A stretch of 62,998 nt of DNA, filler included, from Octopus bimaculoides (Eukaryota), in the NCBI RefSeq assembly GCF_001194135.2. It is 5 parts of 5 records of this genome, joined end to end, with 100 filler letters (N's around TTAATTAATTAA, not from the genome) between each part and the next. Parts side by side here need not be neighbours in the genome. Positions count along the whole stretch, not along the records: positions 56,067 to 62,998 come from NC_068991.1; 4 more parts are not named here. One strand, 5' to 3'. Position numbers and translations under genes: made by a program. Below the pieces are notes generated by a model that saw nothing but the letters and a program-made list of their open reading frames with translations, did no database searches and was not told the DNA's origin. Shown here piece by piece: positions 61,025 through 62,998 of the stretch; position 1 is the stretch's first letter, and every line of letters begins with the position of its first letter.

Positions 61025-62088
61025 NNNNNNNNNNNNNNNNNNNNNNNNNNNNNNNNNNNNNNNNNNNNNNNNNNNNNNNNNNNNNNNNNNNNNNNNNNNN
61101 NNNNNNNNNNNNNNNNNNNNNNNNNNNNNNNNNNNNNNNNNNNNNNNNNNNNNNNNNNNNNNNNNNNNNNNNNNNNNNNNNNNNNNNNNNNNNNNNNNNN
61201 NNNNNNNNNNNNNNNNNNNNNNNNNNNNNNNNNNNNNNNNNNNNNNNNNNNNNNNNNNNNNNNNNNNNNNNNNNNNNNNNNNNNNNNNNNNNNNNNNNNN
61301 NNNNNNNNNNNNNNNNNNNNNNNNNNNNNNNNNNNNNNNNNNNNNNNNNNNNNNNNNNNNNNNNNNNNNNNNNNNNNNNNNNNNNNNNNNNNNNNNNNNN
61401 NNNNNNNNNNNNNNNNNNNNNNNNNNNNNNNNNNNNNNNNNNNNNNNNNNNNNNNNNNNNNNNNNNNNNNNNNNNNNNNNNNNNNNNNNNNNNNNNNNNN
61501 NNNNNNNNNNNNNNNNNNNNNNNNNNNNNNNNNNNNNNNNNNNNNNNNNNNNNNNNNNNNNNNNNNNNNNNNNNNNNNNNNNNNNNNNNNNNNNNNNNNN
61601 NNNNNNNNNNNNNNNNNNNNNNNNNNNNNNNNNNNNNNNNNNNNNNNNNNNNNNNNNNNNNNNNNNNNNNNNNNNNNNNNNNNNNNNNNNNNNNNNNNNN
61701 NNNNNNNNNNNNNNNNNNNNNNNNNNNNNNNNNNNNNNNNNNNNNNNNNNNNNNNNNNNNNNNNNNNNNNNNNNNNNNNNNNNNNNNNNNNNNNNNNNNN
61801 NNNNNNNNNNNNNNNNNNNNNNNNNNNNNNNNNNNNNNNNNNNNNNNNNNNNNNNNNNNNNNNNNNNNNNNNNNNNNNNNNNNNNNNNNNNNNNNNNNNN
61901 NNNNNNNNNNNNNNNNNNNNNNNNNNNNNNNNNNNNNNNNNNNNNNNNNNNNNNNNNNNNNNNNNNNNNNNNNNNNNNNNNNNNNNNNNNNNATATATAT
62001 ATATACATATATGTGTGTGAGTGTGTGCATTTGTGTGTGTGCGTGCGTGTGCATTTGTGTGTGTGTGTGTGTGTGTGTGTGTGAGTGT

Positions 62089-62123
<35 letters not shown>

Positions 62124-62251
62124 ACTTTGTAGTTGCAAGAATCATACAGAAACTAAGCAGCACAATTTTAATCCTCTCAAACAAGTTATTTAAACATCAC
62201 TGAGAGTGCACAACAAATCAAAAGCTGGTCAGTGTTGTGAATATATGTATA

Positions 62252-62490
62252 ATAATGTTCGTCCGTCGTTGTCGACGATGACTAAGACATGACACGGGAG
62301 AAGATGATGGGTTATAATGTGTCCGTCTGTGGCCGGTCAGGCCAGTACGAGCTCTGAGGGTTCTGCCGCCGGTTGGATAGTGGTGGTCTTCTGAGAATGA
62401 AGGCAAAGAGTTGGCTCCAGACCTGCGCAGCTCATGTTTTCTTGGTGCTCCTTCGATCCTATTCTTTTCGTAGAATGTGGCAGTCTTGTG
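62252..62490 (-). mobile_element. RTE-clade LINE 3' end
   Basis: Minus strand EDHHYPTGGRTLRARTGLTGHRRTH is a decayed RTE C-terminal CPTCGR.FRARIGL.SH.RTH motif. The 3' UTR ends GTCATCGTCGACAACGACGGACGAAC. Confidence 0.75.
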
Positions 62491-62777
62491 CTTGCATTTT
62501 ATAAGTGCATTGCATCTTACAGCAGAAACAGATGTAAGCTAATGAAGTTCGTGAATATGTATATATTCAGTTGTGTGCCTGTATGTATGTTGAAACATAT
62601 ATGTGTGTATAATGTGTGTCTATATACTCTCTACAAGAATGAGAACTAAAGAGACTTTTTAGCAACGAGGTGAATGTGTAAAGAACATAAATTATAAAAC
62701 ACACACAAGCGAGCGCGCACACACAGGCATACGCACACACACACAAACACACACACACACGCACACACACATGCACA

Positions 62778-62998
62778 CGAGGGTCGGCTGGAAAGTTCAT
62801 AGGCTGACCAAGATATTCTCATGGAATGTGACCAAATGAAGTTTATTTTTGAACATAGTCCTCCTTATGATCCACACACTTCTTCCATCGGTGTTGCAGT
62901 GCTTGGATCTCATTGGTGAAGAAGCTGACAAACTGTGTCACTAAAAAGTCATCAACCCCATATATGACGTTACCATCATTGAGATACTTGGTTCCCAG
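62778..62998. mobile_element. Mariner-type element end, running off the window
   Basis: CGAGGGTCGGCTGGAAAGTTCATAGGCTGAC...TAGTCCTCCTT....CCACACACTTCTTCCATCGGTGTTGCAGTGCTTGGAT resembles mariner subterminal sequence. Confidence 0.7.

Overview
Repeat-dense, gap-rich animal genomic DNA. The SINE set, TTAGGG repeats and microsatellite load resemble an octopus/cephalopod draft assembly (inference). The only protein gene I can identify is ZCCHC9 on the minus strand: two coding exons at 1712-2014 and 810-942, with its 3' exons lying off the left edge. The rest is intronic/intergenic. It holds four tRNA- or RTE-related SINE families, mariner remnants, R4/Dong, RTE and Penelope-like retroelement fragments, Helitron/Helentron ends, several foldback MITEs and a decayed tRNA-Lys(TTT). 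The most striking signal is a well-formed type I hammerhead ribozyme (minus strand, 45465-45521) inside a 353-bp-period partial tandem repeat, which looks like a non-LTR retrozyme or Penelope pseudo-LTR. At least five more degenerate hammerhead-like motifs occur elsewhere. Also notable: three unrelated GGTA(A/C)-terminated MITE families with 8-9 bp TSDs (Merlin-like) that all carry TTAGGG repeats, and a cluster of nuclear-receptor AGGTCA half-sites. Repeat boundaries are read by eye and approximate unless a TSD is given. No database search or folding program was run.
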